Source: Candidatus Aminicenantes bacterium
GTDB lineage: Bacteria; Acidobacteriota; Aminicenantia; Aminicenantales; Aminicenantaceae
Direction of reading: 5' to 3'
NCBI GenBank assembly: GCA_030669305.1
Contig: DAOVDU010000004.1
Coordinates: forward strand, 1 to 55,115
DNA: 55,115 bases
Shown: positions 17,674-27,120 of the stretch, piece after piece
How the letters are laid out: each line of letters begins with the position of its first letter
How positions within the stretch are numbered: the stretch's first letter is position 1
The notes under the pieces: model-generated
The model's database searches: none
The model's input: only the letters and a program-made list of their open reading frames with translations
What the model was told of the DNA's origin: nothing
Made by a program: the position numbers and the translations under genes

Positions 17674-18071
17674 CCGAAAACTATATAGGTCTAAGGTTGA
17701 ATGTTTAATGTTTAAGGATTTATAATAAATTAAAAATATTTATACCTTAAACCTTAAACTTTAAACCTTAAACCCGTTACGGCTTACGATTTACGGCTTA
17801 CGTCCATGGGGAATACTGCAATACTGCTAAACTGCCATACTGCAGAAGAATAAGAAAATGGTAAATGGTTAATGGTAAATAGTTAATAGCTTTCTTGCCT
17901 TAAACCTTAAACTTTAAACCTTAAACCCGTTACGGCTTACGGCTTACGAATGTTGCCTTAAACCTTAAACTTTAAACCTTAAACTAATTCGTATGGGATT
18001 TGGGATTTTAATATTAGCCACGAGCAATAAGCCATAAATGTAATTTTGGAGCAATAGAGCGCTTATCCACA
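17653..18071. repeat. Composite heptamer-palindrome element, expanded copy A
   Basis: 17653-17773 is near-identical to 31243-31363, and 17985-18071 is similar to 31364-31454. Three exact 29-mers CCTTAAACCTTAAACTTTAAACCTTAAAC at 17745, 17898 and 17956. Confidence 0.92.
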
Positions 18072-18196
18072 TAAAAGGGGGAATAGCCAAATAATTCTAC
18101 GTTTCTATCATTTCTAGCGATTTTTTGATATATTCTTTACACGGTAAAAAATTGTTAAATTCTTCAAACATTAAATTCCCAAAAGGAGGTAAAAAA

Positions 18197-19540
18197 ATGG
18201 CTAAATTCATATCTTATACTCTCTGTATTACCTTCTTGCTCTGTTTTCCATTGATAATGCACGGATCGGATATCCTCCCCTATGATTACAAAATCGAAGA
18301 GCTTGAAAACGGGCTTAAAGTCATATCCATTCCGCTTAACAACCCCCATATTATTTCTTACTATACAATCGTCCGTTCAGGATCCAGGAATGAAATCGAA
18401 CCCGGAAAATCTGGTTTTGCTCATTTTTTCGAGCACATGATGTTCAAAGGCACAAAAAACATTCCCCGTGAGACTTATGACGACTTCCTGACAGAATTGG
18501 GCGCAGGAACCAATGGGTATACTACAGATGATTACACATGCTATTTTATCGTATTCGCAGGACGGGATAACCTGGAAACTGTCGTAAAAACCGAAGCTGA
18601 CCGGTTCATCAACCTCTACTATGACGAAGAAATGATAAAAACAGAGGCTTCTGTTATCGAAGGAGAGTATTACTCGAGTGTCTCCAGCCCAGGCAGGCGC
18701 TTGTCTGAACTCCTTAGAGACACAGCTTTTGAAAAGCACTCCTACAAGCACACTACTCTCGGTTATCTCGAGGATATCCTGGACATGCCTAATCAATTTG
18801 AATACAGCCAGCTCTACAAAAAGCGTTTTTACGCCCCTGATTACTCCATTGTTCTTGTCGCTGGAGACTTTGACCATGACCAATTGATGGAATATGTCAG
18901 GAAGTATTACAGCAATTGGGAAAAATCCAACTATACGCTGGTAACGCCTGAAGAACCCCCTCAAACAAAAGCGAAGAGAGCCCATTATGACTGGCCCTCC
19001 CCAACACTCGCCAGAATTGCAATCGGATTCCATGGCCCTGTTTACTCCGATGAAAAAATCGACAAGGCAGCCCTGGACCTTCTAGCTGAAATTGCCTTTT
19101 CACGCTCTTCTTCACTTTATCAGAAATTGGTTATCGAAGAACAGAAATGTCGTACTCTTTCTGCCAGTTTTGCAGACAGACGTGACCCTTATCTTTTGGT
19201 TTTTAATGCCACAGTTAAAAAGGATAAGGATCTATCTTATGTCGAAAACGAAATATTCAAAGAATTAAAAAAACTGAAGAATGAGCCAGTTTCAGAGGAA
19301 ATCCTGGCAGATGTCAAGTCTAACGGTAAATACTCCTTTGCTAACTCCCTGGGAACTACCGATGGAGTAGCAAGCAGCCTCGCTTTTTACATCAATCTGG
19401 CAACCGATCCGGGAACCGTGAATAAACTCTTTGCCCTCTATGAGAAAATAACTCCTCAGGATATCCAGGAAATAACCAAAAAGTACTTCAAGAAAACAAA
19501 CAGCACTGTTGTTACCTTAACAGGAGGGAAAGCAAAATGA
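18197..19540 (+). CDS. M16 (pitrilysin) zinc peptidase, catalytic subunit, with signal peptide
   Basis: GFAHFFEHMMFKG (HxxEH) and NGYT. Hydrophobic N-terminus. ATG at 18197 after AAGGAGGT. Confidence 0.92.
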   Translation: MAKFISYTLCITFLLCFPLIMHGSDILPYDYKIEELENGLKVISIPLNNPHIISYYTIVRSGSRNEIEPGKSGFAHFFEHMMFKGTKNIPRETYDDFLTELGAGTNGYTTDDYTCYFIVFAGRDNLETVVKTEADRFINLYYDEEMIKTEASVIEGEYYSSVSSPGRRLSELLRDTAFEKHSYKHTTLGYLEDILDMPNQFEYSQLYKKRFYAPDYSIVLVAGDFDHDQLMEYVRKYYSNWEKSNYTLVTPEEPPQTKAKRAHYDWPSPTLARIAIGFHGPVYSDEKIDKAALDLLAEIAFSRSSSLYQKLVIEEQKCRTLSASFADRRDPYLLVFNATVKKDKDLSYVENEIFKELKKLKNEPVSEEILADVKSNGKYSFANSLGTTDGVASSLAFYINLATDPGTVNKLFALYEKITPQDIQEITKKYFKKTNSTVVTLTGGKAK

Positions 19541-21075
19541 GAAAAAATATTAAATATCATCTTTCAATAATATTTTTCTTAGGAATGTCTTTTTTGATTA
19601 CATCCTGCGCCAAGGAGATCCCCGGCAAACTCTCCTCCGAGCTCCTTCCCTTGGAAGGAAATCCCCTTGTGAGCTTTCGTATCCTCCTCCATGTAGGATC
19701 TGTGAATGACCCTGAAGGAAAGGAAGGCCTTTGCCAGCTCACCTTCAGCATGCTTGCCAGCGGCGGGAGCAAAAACCTAGCCTACAAAGAAATTTCAAAG
19801 AAGTTCTATCCCATGGCTACATCTGTTGGTCTTCAAGTGGAAAAAGAGATGTCTGTTTTCACAGGATCAGTCCATGTGGACAACCTGGAAGAATACTATG
19901 CCATTATCAAGGATATGCTTCTTGACCCTGGCTTTCGTGAAGAAGATTTTATCAGGATTAAAACCAACCTGCTAAACTTCCTGGAAAAATCCTTAGTCAG
20001 TACTAATTATGAACAATTCGGAAAAGAAATCCTGAACCTTATGATGTACGAAGGCCATCCATACGGCCATCACGACGCAGGATCCATAGAGAGTGTCAAG
20101 GGTCTGACTCTTGATGATGTACAAGCTTTCTACAAAGAACATTTTGTCCAGGGGAACATCACGACCGGCCTTGCAGGAGGTTGCCCATCCGCGTTTCCAT
20201 CAAAAGTCACAGGAGATTTTTCTGTTCTTCCTGAGGGACAAACTCCTCACCTGACCTTGCCAGAACAGCGCATGCCCGAAGGCCTTGAGATCGTCATTGC
20301 AGACAAAAAGACACCTGCTACTGCCATATCCATGGGTTTCCCTGTCCCCATTTCAAAGGCTAATGATGATTTCTTTGCCCTCTGGATCGCCGTTTCCCAC
20401 TTCGGGGAACACAGACAGCATCTCTCTCTCCTCTTTCAAAAAATCAGAGAGGAACGGGGACAAAACTACGGGGACTATGCCTATGCCGATCATTTTATTC
20501 AGGGACGGCGAAAGTTCCCGGCACAAAACTACTGCCGCCAACAGCAGTTCTTTTCTATCTGGATAAGGCCATTAGCTAATTCCAATCGACATTTTGTCAT
20601 TCGCCAGGCACTGCGCGAACTTAAAAAACTCGTACAAGAAGGAATCCCAAGAGAAAGGTTTGAATTGACCCGCAAATACCTCCTTAATTATACAAAACTC
20701 TATGCTCAAACTCTTGGAGAAAGGCTCGGCTGGCAGATGGATTCCACTTATTACGGATACAAAGATTTTCTGGCTGAAGTTCAAGAAAGGCTTCCTAAAA
20801 TAACTCTTGACGCCGTCAATCAGGCAATTAAAAAATACCTGAATTTCAACAACCTCTATATAGCCATTATTACAGAGGACGCAGAATCGCTCAAGGATGC
20901 TCTTGTATCAAACACTCCATCTCCAATAACCTATGCCAACCCAAACATGCCAAAAGAAATTCTGGAAGAGGACCTTGTTATCCAGACCTTTCCTCTTGAT
21001 GTTCTCCCAGAAAAGGTGAGGATAGCTCCAGCATCTGAATTTTTCAAAAAAATGGGAATACCTCGGACGAATTAA
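19537..21075 (+). CDS. M16 peptidase non-catalytic partner subunit, probable lipoprotein
   Basis: No HxxEH. LFQKIREERG.NY M16 C-terminal motif and LITSC lipobox. ATGA overlap with the preceding gene. Confidence 0.85.
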   Translation: MRKNIKYHLSIIFFLGMSFLITSCAKEIPGKLSSELLPLEGNPLVSFRILLHVGSVNDPEGKEGLCQLTFSMLASGGSKNLAYKEISKKFYPMATSVGLQVEKEMSVFTGSVHVDNLEEYYAIIKDMLLDPGFREEDFIRIKTNLLNFLEKSLVSTNYEQFGKEILNLMMYEGHPYGHHDAGSIESVKGLTLDDVQAFYKEHFVQGNITTGLAGGCPSAFPSKVTGDFSVLPEGQTPHLTLPEQRMPEGLEIVIADKKTPATAISMGFPVPISKANDDFFALWIAVSHFGEHRQHLSLLFQKIREERGQNYGDYAYADHFIQGRRKFPAQNYCRQQQFFSIWIRPLANSNRHFVIRQALRELKKLVQEGIPRERFELTRKYLLNYTKLYAQTLGERLGWQMDSTYYGYKDFLAEVQERLPKITLDAVNQAIKKYLNFNNLYIAIITEDAESLKDALVSNTPSPITYANPNMPKEILEEDLVIQTFPLDVLPEKVRIAPASEFFKKMGIPRTN

Positions 21076-21222
21076 ATTTCAATCTCTCTTCTGGATTATT
21101 CACTTTTAAATGCATAAAATTCTCATTCATACAAAAAAACATGCAAAAACAACGAAATTAAGGCAAAAAACATGCAAACAACTGGTATAAACAGAGGAAT
21201 CTAAGAAATTATAAAAAAATTG

Positions 21223-21252
21223 TTGAAATTTATTAATTATTTGTGATATAAT
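21223..21252 (+). promoter_or_regulatory. Sigma70 promoter with extended -10
   Basis: TTGAAA-18-TATAAT, with TG-n before the -10 box. Confidence 0.55.
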
Positions 21253-21501
21253 AATGAAGTTATATACAAAAGGGGCAAATAAAATCGAAGTTCAATCCAA
21301 ATAAATCTTTTACTTTTATCTCAAATTGACAGATGTTTCACAAATAAAGCAACTTTTTAACTATTTAGAGCGTATATATATATGGAATGAATAAAATGAG
21401 AGAAATAAAATTCTTCAGGGCAAGAAAGTCCCTCCTTTTAAACCCTCCTTTTTTCAAAGGATTTAACATAGATCCCCTAACCTTTTAACCCATCCCCTTC
21501 A

Positions 21502-21550
21502 AGGCTGCCTTTTTCACCCCAAGGAAAATGGCAGCCTGCTTTTCTTTTTC
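21502..21550 (+). terminator. Rho-independent terminator
   Basis: Stem AGGCTGCC(T)TTTTC / GAAAA(T)GGCAGCCT followed by GCTTTTCTTTTTC. Confidence 0.7.
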
Positions 21551-21757
21551 AATCCTTGATTTTCATATTCTTGCAAAACCAAAGAAGCAGGAACTTCAAG
21601 ACAAAAGTAACCTAAAGCCTTTTCCAATTACGGAAATTAAGATGCTTCCGTCTGAACTAGATTGTTTGCATAATTGCAGGTCGTGTATTATACTAAGCCC
21701 TTATTTTTTATCTTATAATATTGCTGATAAACATAGAATAAATAAGGAGGCAATTTC

Positions 21758-23062
21758 ATTAAAAAAGCCATAATAATGGGCGCTGCTGGAAGAGATTTTC
21801 ACAACTTCAATGTTTATTTCAGAGACAATGAAGAATATAGAGTGGCGGCTTTCACTGCAACCCAGATACCAGATATAGAGGGAAGAAAATATCCCTCTAT
21901 CCTTGCGGGAAAGCTCTATCCTGATGGAATACCTATCTATCCTGAGAAAGACCTCACCAAGTACATCAAAAAACTCGAAGTGTCTGAAGTGTTTTTCTCT
22001 TACAGTGATGTCTCTCATGAATATATCATGCATAAAGCCTCTGAAGTGATGTCAGCAGGCGCAAGCTTCACTCTCCTTGGGCCTCGAGAGACAATGATAA
22101 AGAGCAAGATTCCCTTGATATCGATTTGCGCTGTCAGAACAGGATGCGGTAAAAGCCAGACTAGCCGGAAAACTGCACTTATCCTTAAAGAAAAAGGGGA
22201 AAGAGTCGTAGTCATCCGCCACCCCATGCCTTATGGAGATTTGACCGAGCAGAAAGTTCAACGCTTCGCAACATACGAAGACATGATGAAACACAAATGC
22301 ACAATCGAAGAGATGGAAGAATATGAACCCCACATCAATAACGGTATTGTGGTTTACGCCGGGGTGGACTATGGAGCAATCCTGGAAGAAGCTGAAAAAG
22401 AAGCAGACATCATACTCTGGGATGGCGGAAATAACGATATCCCCTTCTACGAGGCTGATTTAGAAATCGTAGTCGTCGATCCACACAGACCAGGCCATGA
22501 ACTCAAATATCACCCGGGTGAAACCAATTTTAGAAGGGCACAAGTCCTTGTCATCAACAAAATTGGAACTGCAAAGAAAGAAAACGTAGAAATAGTGCTT
22601 AATAACATCAAAAAGTTCAATCCGGAAGCCACCATTATCCGGGCCAATTCTCCTATTTTTATTTCAGAAGCAGAAGAGGTTGCTGGTAAGACTGTACTAG
22701 TCATAGAAGACGGACCCACTCTGACCCATGGAGGAATGCCCTACGGAGCAGGAATCGTTGCTGCCGAGAAATACGGAGCCGCAAAAATCACAGACCCAAG
22801 ACCTTATGCAGTCGGAAGTATAAAGGAAACATTCCAAAAATTCACACATTTGGATAAAGTTCTCCCAGCAATGGGATACGGAAGAGAACAAATGGCCGAG
22901 CTTGCTCAGACAATAGACAAAGTTGACTGCGATCTTGTTATTAGCGCGACGCCTATTGACCTCGGCCGATTGATTAAAACAAACAAAAAAATTCTTCGAG
23001 TCACATACGAACTGGAAGAAATTGGATCCCCTGATCTTAAGGAAGTGCTTAGAGAATTCTAA
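21758..23062 (+). CDS. arcE: Arginine synthetase ArcE-like / cyclic 2,3-diphosphoglycerate synthetase-like P-loop NTPase (probable ATT start)
   Basis: MGAAGRDFHNFN, AVRTGCGKS (Walker A), WDGGNND and EDGPTLTHGGM. Lies directly upstream of carbamate kinase and OTC. Confidence 0.78.
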   Translation: MKKAIIMGAAGRDFHNFNVYFRDNEEYRVAAFTATQIPDIEGRKYPSILAGKLYPDGIPIYPEKDLTKYIKKLEVSEVFFSYSDVSHEYIMHKASEVMSAGASFTLLGPRETMIKSKIPLISICAVRTGCGKSQTSRKTALILKEKGERVVVIRHPMPYGDLTEQKVQRFATYEDMMKHKCTIEEMEEYEPHINNGIVVYAGVDYGAILEEAEKEADIILWDGGNNDIPFYEADLEIVVVDPHRPGHELKYHPGETNFRRAQVLVINKIGTAKKENVEIVLNNIKKFNPEATIIRANSPIFISEAEEVAGKTVLVIEDGPTLTHGGMPYGAGIVAAEKYGAAKITDPRPYAVGSIKETFQKFTHLDKVLPAMGYGREQMAELAQTIDKVDCDLVISATPIDLGRLIKTNKKILRVTYELEEIGSPDLKEVLREF

Positions 23063-24012
23063 TGGAAAGAAAAATTGCCCTAATTGCTTTTGGTGGAAAT
23101 GCCATCCTTCCTAAAGACCAGAGAGGGCTGCAGTCCGAGCAGATGAAAAATGCCCAAAAAGCAGCCCATCTCATGATCCATGTTGTGAAAAAAGGCTATG
23201 ACTTAATCATTGTTCACGGCAACGGCCCTCAAGTGGGAAATCTTCTTCTCCAGATGGAAGAATCTATCAACAAAATCCCTCCTTTTTCACTAGAAGTCTG
23301 CGACGCTATGACAGAAGGGAGCATGGGTTTTATGCTCGAGAAGGCTATTATCAACGAACTCCGCAAGAATTCTTTGGATAAGGAAGTCGCTACTCTAATT
23401 ACCCAAGTTGTAGTAGACAGAGAAGACCCGGCCTTTGAGAATCCCAGCAAACCAGTCGGTCCATTTTACTCTAAATACAGAGCCCAGATGCTCATCCGAC
23501 AGAAAAAATGGACCATGATCGAAGATGCCGGCCGGGGTTACCGCAAAGTCGTGCCTTCTCCCAAGCCTATAGATATTGTTCCAAAAAGAGTGATCCGGGA
23601 CTTAGTCCATTCCGGAAAAATTGTCATCGTTGCGGGCGGAGGAGGTATTCCTGTTATAATAAATGCTCGGGGGCTTTTCCAGGGCGTAGAAGCTGTAATC
23701 GATAAAGATTACGCTGCAAGCCTGATTGCCCGAGAAGTCAAGGCTAATCTTTTCATCATTTTAACCAATGTGAATCGAGTCTATTTAAACTACGGCACAC
23801 CAGATGAAACACCTATCACCACGATGACAGTTGAAGAGGCTCAAGAATATCTCTCCCAGGGACAATTCCCGGCAGGCTCCATGGGACCTAAAATCAAGGC
23901 AGCAATCGAATACATACAGAGCAATGGAAAAGAAGTTTTGATTACTTCAGCAAGCCACCTTAAGGCATCCTTAATCAATCGTTCAGGGACAAAGATCAGA
24001 TCATCGTATTAG
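23062..24012 (+). CDS. arcC: Carbamate kinase
   Basis: AFGGNA, HGNGPQVG, EAVIDKD and GSMGPK. Confidence 0.95.
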   Translation: MERKIALIAFGGNAILPKDQRGLQSEQMKNAQKAAHLMIHVVKKGYDLIIVHGNGPQVGNLLLQMEESINKIPPFSLEVCDAMTEGSMGFMLEKAIINELRKNSLDKEVATLITQVVVDREDPAFENPSKPVGPFYSKYRAQMLIRQKKWTMIEDAGRGYRKVVPSPKPIDIVPKRVIRDLVHSGKIVIVAGGGGIPVIINARGLFQGVEAVIDKDYAASLIAREVKANLFIILTNVNRVYLNYGTPDETPITTMTVEEAQEYLSQGQFPAGSMGPKIKAAIEYIQSNGKEVLITSASHLKASLINRSGTKIRSSY

Positions 24013-24021
24013 GAGGATGAG

Positions 24022-24954
24022 ATGTTAGAAGATTTTCTTTCCATCCATGATTTAAGCCCTTATCAATTTAGCAAAATCTTAGACTTCATTCAGCAAATTA
24101 AAGATAAACCTTGGCGTTTTCGAAATAAACTCAAAAATAAAATCCTGGCCATGATATTCCAAAAGTCATCTTTACGAACCAGGGTAACTTTTGAAGTCGG
24201 CATGCTTCAACTCGGAGGAGAAGCCATTTATTTAAGCCCATCAGATATTCAACTGGGTACCCGTGAGACCCCGTATGATGTTGGCAAAAACCTGGAACGT
24301 TGGGTAGATGGAATTATAATAAGAACCTTTTCCCATCAAATTGCCGTTGATTTAGCTCAGGTCTGCCACATCCCAGTCATCAATGGCCTAACAGATCTTC
24401 TTCATCCCTGCCAGGCCATGGCTGATTTTTTCACTCTAAAGGAAAAGCTGAGAGGTCCAGCGAATTTAAAGCTGGCGTATATCGGAGATGGAAACAATGT
24501 CTGTCACAGCCTTATCTTTGCAGCCGCAAAAGCTGGGAGCAAAATGAGGGTGGCAACACCTCCTGGATATGAGCCAAATCCAGAAATTCTCAAACAAGCA
24601 GAACAAGATGGAAGGGAAACAGGATTCAGTTTCTACATTACAAATGACCCATATGAGGCAGTTCAAGAAGCAGACGCTGTCTACACCGATGTGTGGGCCT
24701 CAATGGGACAGGAACAAGAAAAGGAGAAAAGAACCAAAATCTTTGCCCCCTACCAGGTCAATCGTGCACTCATGACAAAAGCCAAGAAGGACGCCCTATT
24801 TATGCACTGCCTCCCTGCCCACAGGGGAGAAGAGGTCACCGACGAAGTTATCGACTCTGCTCAATCTGTAGTCTTTGACCAAGCTGAAAACAGGCTTCCT
24901 TTCCAAAAAGCCATTATGTTATCATTATTAGAAAAAAAAGCAAAAAATGGATAA
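24022..24954 (+). CDS. argF: Ornithine carbamoyltransferase (probably catabolic, from context)
   Basis: SLRTR, HPCQ, GDGNNV, DVWASMG and HCLP. Confidence 0.93.
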   Translation: MLEDFLSIHDLSPYQFSKILDFIQQIKDKPWRFRNKLKNKILAMIFQKSSLRTRVTFEVGMLQLGGEAIYLSPSDIQLGTRETPYDVGKNLERWVDGIIIRTFSHQIAVDLAQVCHIPVINGLTDLLHPCQAMADFFTLKEKLRGPANLKLAYIGDGNNVCHSLIFAAAKAGSKMRVATPPGYEPNPEILKQAEQDGRETGFSFYITNDPYEAVQEADAVYTDVWASMGQEQEKEKRTKIFAPYQVNRALMTKAKKDALFMHCLPAHRGEEVTDEVIDSAQSVVFDQAENRLPFQKAIMLSLLEKKAKNG

Positions 24955-27025
24955 GCAAAACGAAAACATAAAAATCATTGATGCAGACCTCTCTTTCATA
25001 GAAAAAGAGCTCTCCCAAACCAACAAAGCTCTTTCTCTGTATGAGCTGACAAAAAAATTAGCCTTCAAAAAAACCGCCAGTCAATTAAGCAAAGAAGTCA
25101 AAAAATATGATCCTTACTGCCAGTATGAAGTCGGAGATCTTATCTATAAAAAATACGACGAACCCTTGATGGTCAGCAGTAAAGGCGTTGAGCCCTTTGA
25201 CGGAGCTGTTGTGCTTGTAGTTATCAAGAAAATTACATATGAAAATTTCAACTGTGAGATGCTGGAAGTCGATTACACTGGAGGAGGAACTTTCAGAAAA
25301 CACATAGATTATATGAAAAAAACAAAGACTCAAGTTCTCCTACCCAGCAACCTCGAAGGAAAAGCATTGGCTCCAGAGATGCTGAAAAAAGAGGAAGACC
25401 CAAGGCTTCATCAACTTCCAATGGCTAATAAAGATTTAAAAACCCTGGAAAAATATTTGGGAACAGCACTCTCCAAGTCAGCAGCTTTTTTCAACTGGAA
25501 TGACCTTTGGCAGCAAAAAGAAAAACAAGTGGAAATCCCGCAAGAAAAAATAAAAGCAATTGAAAATCATTTCTTGAAAACGAATAAATCTGCCACAACA
25601 ACAGAACTGGTTTCTCAATTATTTAACTTTGATCCTTCAAACGATCTGTTTGATATCCACTGTATCAGTTTGAATTACATATTAGAAAAAAAATTCAAGA
25701 AAACTTATACCTTTGTTTCATCCGACAACTGGGGAAAATGGCATTTGAAGAAAATCCTCGACTCCTTACTGGAAAATCTTCCTCTCTCATCACCGAAGGC
25801 TAAACTCCCTCCGTTTGAGGAGGAGAAAAAAACAGAAACAGCTCAAGCCCAGAAGTTCCCGTTTAGAGTCTATCTTACCTGGAGAGAAATTCTATCCGGT
25901 GGATTTAAAATTCCCAGAAGCCTGAACAAGGAGTTATCTCACTCAAGAGAATATGTTTTTACTGATATAGAAAGTGGGAAGGATTATACTGTTTATTACT
26001 TCCCATCTCCTAGCATTTTTCTTGGTTTAAAAGAATTTTTTGAGAGTAATAATGTCCCTCAAGGAGCAAGCTTATCTCTTGAAAAGAAAGGACCTACACA
26101 TATCAGTTTCTGGCTTAAGACATCAAAGAAGAAGCTTTCTGTATCAAAGGTCGCCTATGATCCAAAAGAGGATATATTTTCTGAGACAGGCGAAGAAGTT
26201 TTCACTTTCTCTTTGCCCAACAAAATCATTCACTTAAAAATAGAAACCTTAAACAAACTTTTTTCCCTTTACGGCCAAAGAGATGACATGGATCTTCGGG
26301 AACTTCTGATCCTAATCTTCAAGAATTTTGGCCTGGAGGGAGAGGCTCTATTCCTACATTTTCTGAGAGCTTTTCATCTTGTCGACATGCTAAAGCAAAC
26401 TAACCAGGAAGATGTCGAAAAAACACTGCTTTTTTCTCCTGAATTTTCCAGATCAGAAAAAAATAAAGGGGTCTTTTTCTATCATGAAAAGATAAAAACT
26501 GAAGGAGAATTAAAGCCTGAAGAGCCTGTCGAAATTCCTTTAGAAATGCTGCCCGAGGAAAAGCTTGAAGAATATCCTGATGAAGTTCTCCCTGAACTGG
26601 GAACGATTGAAGAAATTCCTTTACCTGAACCCCCAAAAGAAAGGGAAGAAATAATAGAAGAGGTGAAAGTTCAAGTTCCCTCTGAACTTCAAAAAGAAGA
26701 AATTCAAAAAAGGCCAAAAAAAGAGAAACCCCCAAAAAAGAAAAAACGGAAGGCAAAAATAGACAAAGAAAGTACTCTTCGCATGAGAAAAGGGGAGAAA
26801 AAAATTATAGAAGAACGAATTGAGTTTGAAGAATCAGAACAGGAAGCTTTAATCGCTGTTAAAGCAAAAGAAAAAAAGGAAGACGTTGGAGAAGAAATAG
26901 CAGCCTATAAAGCAAAAGAAAAAAAGGAAGAGTATGAACCTATTGTTACTCAGAAGCCTGAATTTGGTATATTTGCTGAAAAGCTAAAATCAGCTTTAGA
27001 TAAAAAAAAGAAAAAGAAAAAATAA
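24947..27025 (+). CDS. Large hypothetical protein with a Glu/Pro/Lys-rich C-terminal tail
   Basis: 692-aa ORF overlapping the argF stop. No recognised motif. Confidence 0.8.
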   Translation: MDKQNENIKIIDADLSFIEKELSQTNKALSLYELTKKLAFKKTASQLSKEVKKYDPYCQYEVGDLIYKKYDEPLMVSSKGVEPFDGAVVLVVIKKITYENFNCEMLEVDYTGGGTFRKHIDYMKKTKTQVLLPSNLEGKALAPEMLKKEEDPRLHQLPMANKDLKTLEKYLGTALSKSAAFFNWNDLWQQKEKQVEIPQEKIKAIENHFLKTNKSATTTELVSQLFNFDPSNDLFDIHCISLNYILEKKFKKTYTFVSSDNWGKWHLKKILDSLLENLPLSSPKAKLPPFEEEKKTETAQAQKFPFRVYLTWREILSGGFKIPRSLNKELSHSREYVFTDIESGKDYTVYYFPSPSIFLGLKEFFESNNVPQGASLSLEKKGPTHISFWLKTSKKKLSVSKVAYDPKEDIFSETGEEVFTFSLPNKIIHLKIETLNKLFSLYGQRDDMDLRELLILIFKNFGLEGEALFLHFLRAFHLVDMLKQTNQEDVEKTLLFSPEFSRSEKNKGVFFYHEKIKTEGELKPEEPVEIPLEMLPEEKLEEYPDEVLPELGTIEEIPLPEPPKEREEIIEEVKVQVPSELQKEEIQKRPKKEKPPKKKKRKAKIDKESTLRMRKGEKKIIEERIEFEESEQEALIAVKAKEKKEDVGEEIAAYKAKEKKEEYEPIVTQKPEFGIFAEKLKSALDKKKKKKK

Positions 27026-27108
27026 AATTCTTAAGCATTTTACTTGAACCCCTGACCCCTTGACCCCTTGAATCCTTATGATCCTACCAACTCTTTTGGA
27101 GATGAGCC
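27026..27108 (-). repeat. 83-bp element end (upstream flank plus first codons of a four-helix-bundle gene)
   Basis: Reverse complement is 79/83 identical to 54976-55058. Contains (AGGGGTCA)-like 8-mer repeats and ATGCTTAAGAAT. Confidence 0.92.
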
Positions 27109-27120
27109 ATAATTATTTAA

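Noticed and set aside
17745-17984. CRISPR array (three exact 29-bp repeats)
   Set aside because: The spacers are 124 and 29 nt, share the same start and are themselves repeats. The repeat is a heptamer tandem found elsewhere as a palindrome arm, and there are no cas genes.
14884-19033. Long antisense ORFs (14884-15408, 18377-19033) and other shadow ORFs in the track
   Set aside because: They lie fully opposite well-supported genes and have no motifs or RBS.
21105-21680. ArgR ARG boxes (AATGCATAAAATTCTCAT, TTTGCATAATTGCAG) and AAAAAACATGCAAA direct repeats
   Set aside because: Spacing and half-sites deviate from the 18-bp ARG consensus, and the AT-rich context makes chance matches likely.
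21528-21773. 81-aa ORF upstream of arcE
   Set aside because: It starts inside the terminator stem, has no SD or recognisable motif, and overlaps the arcE RBS.
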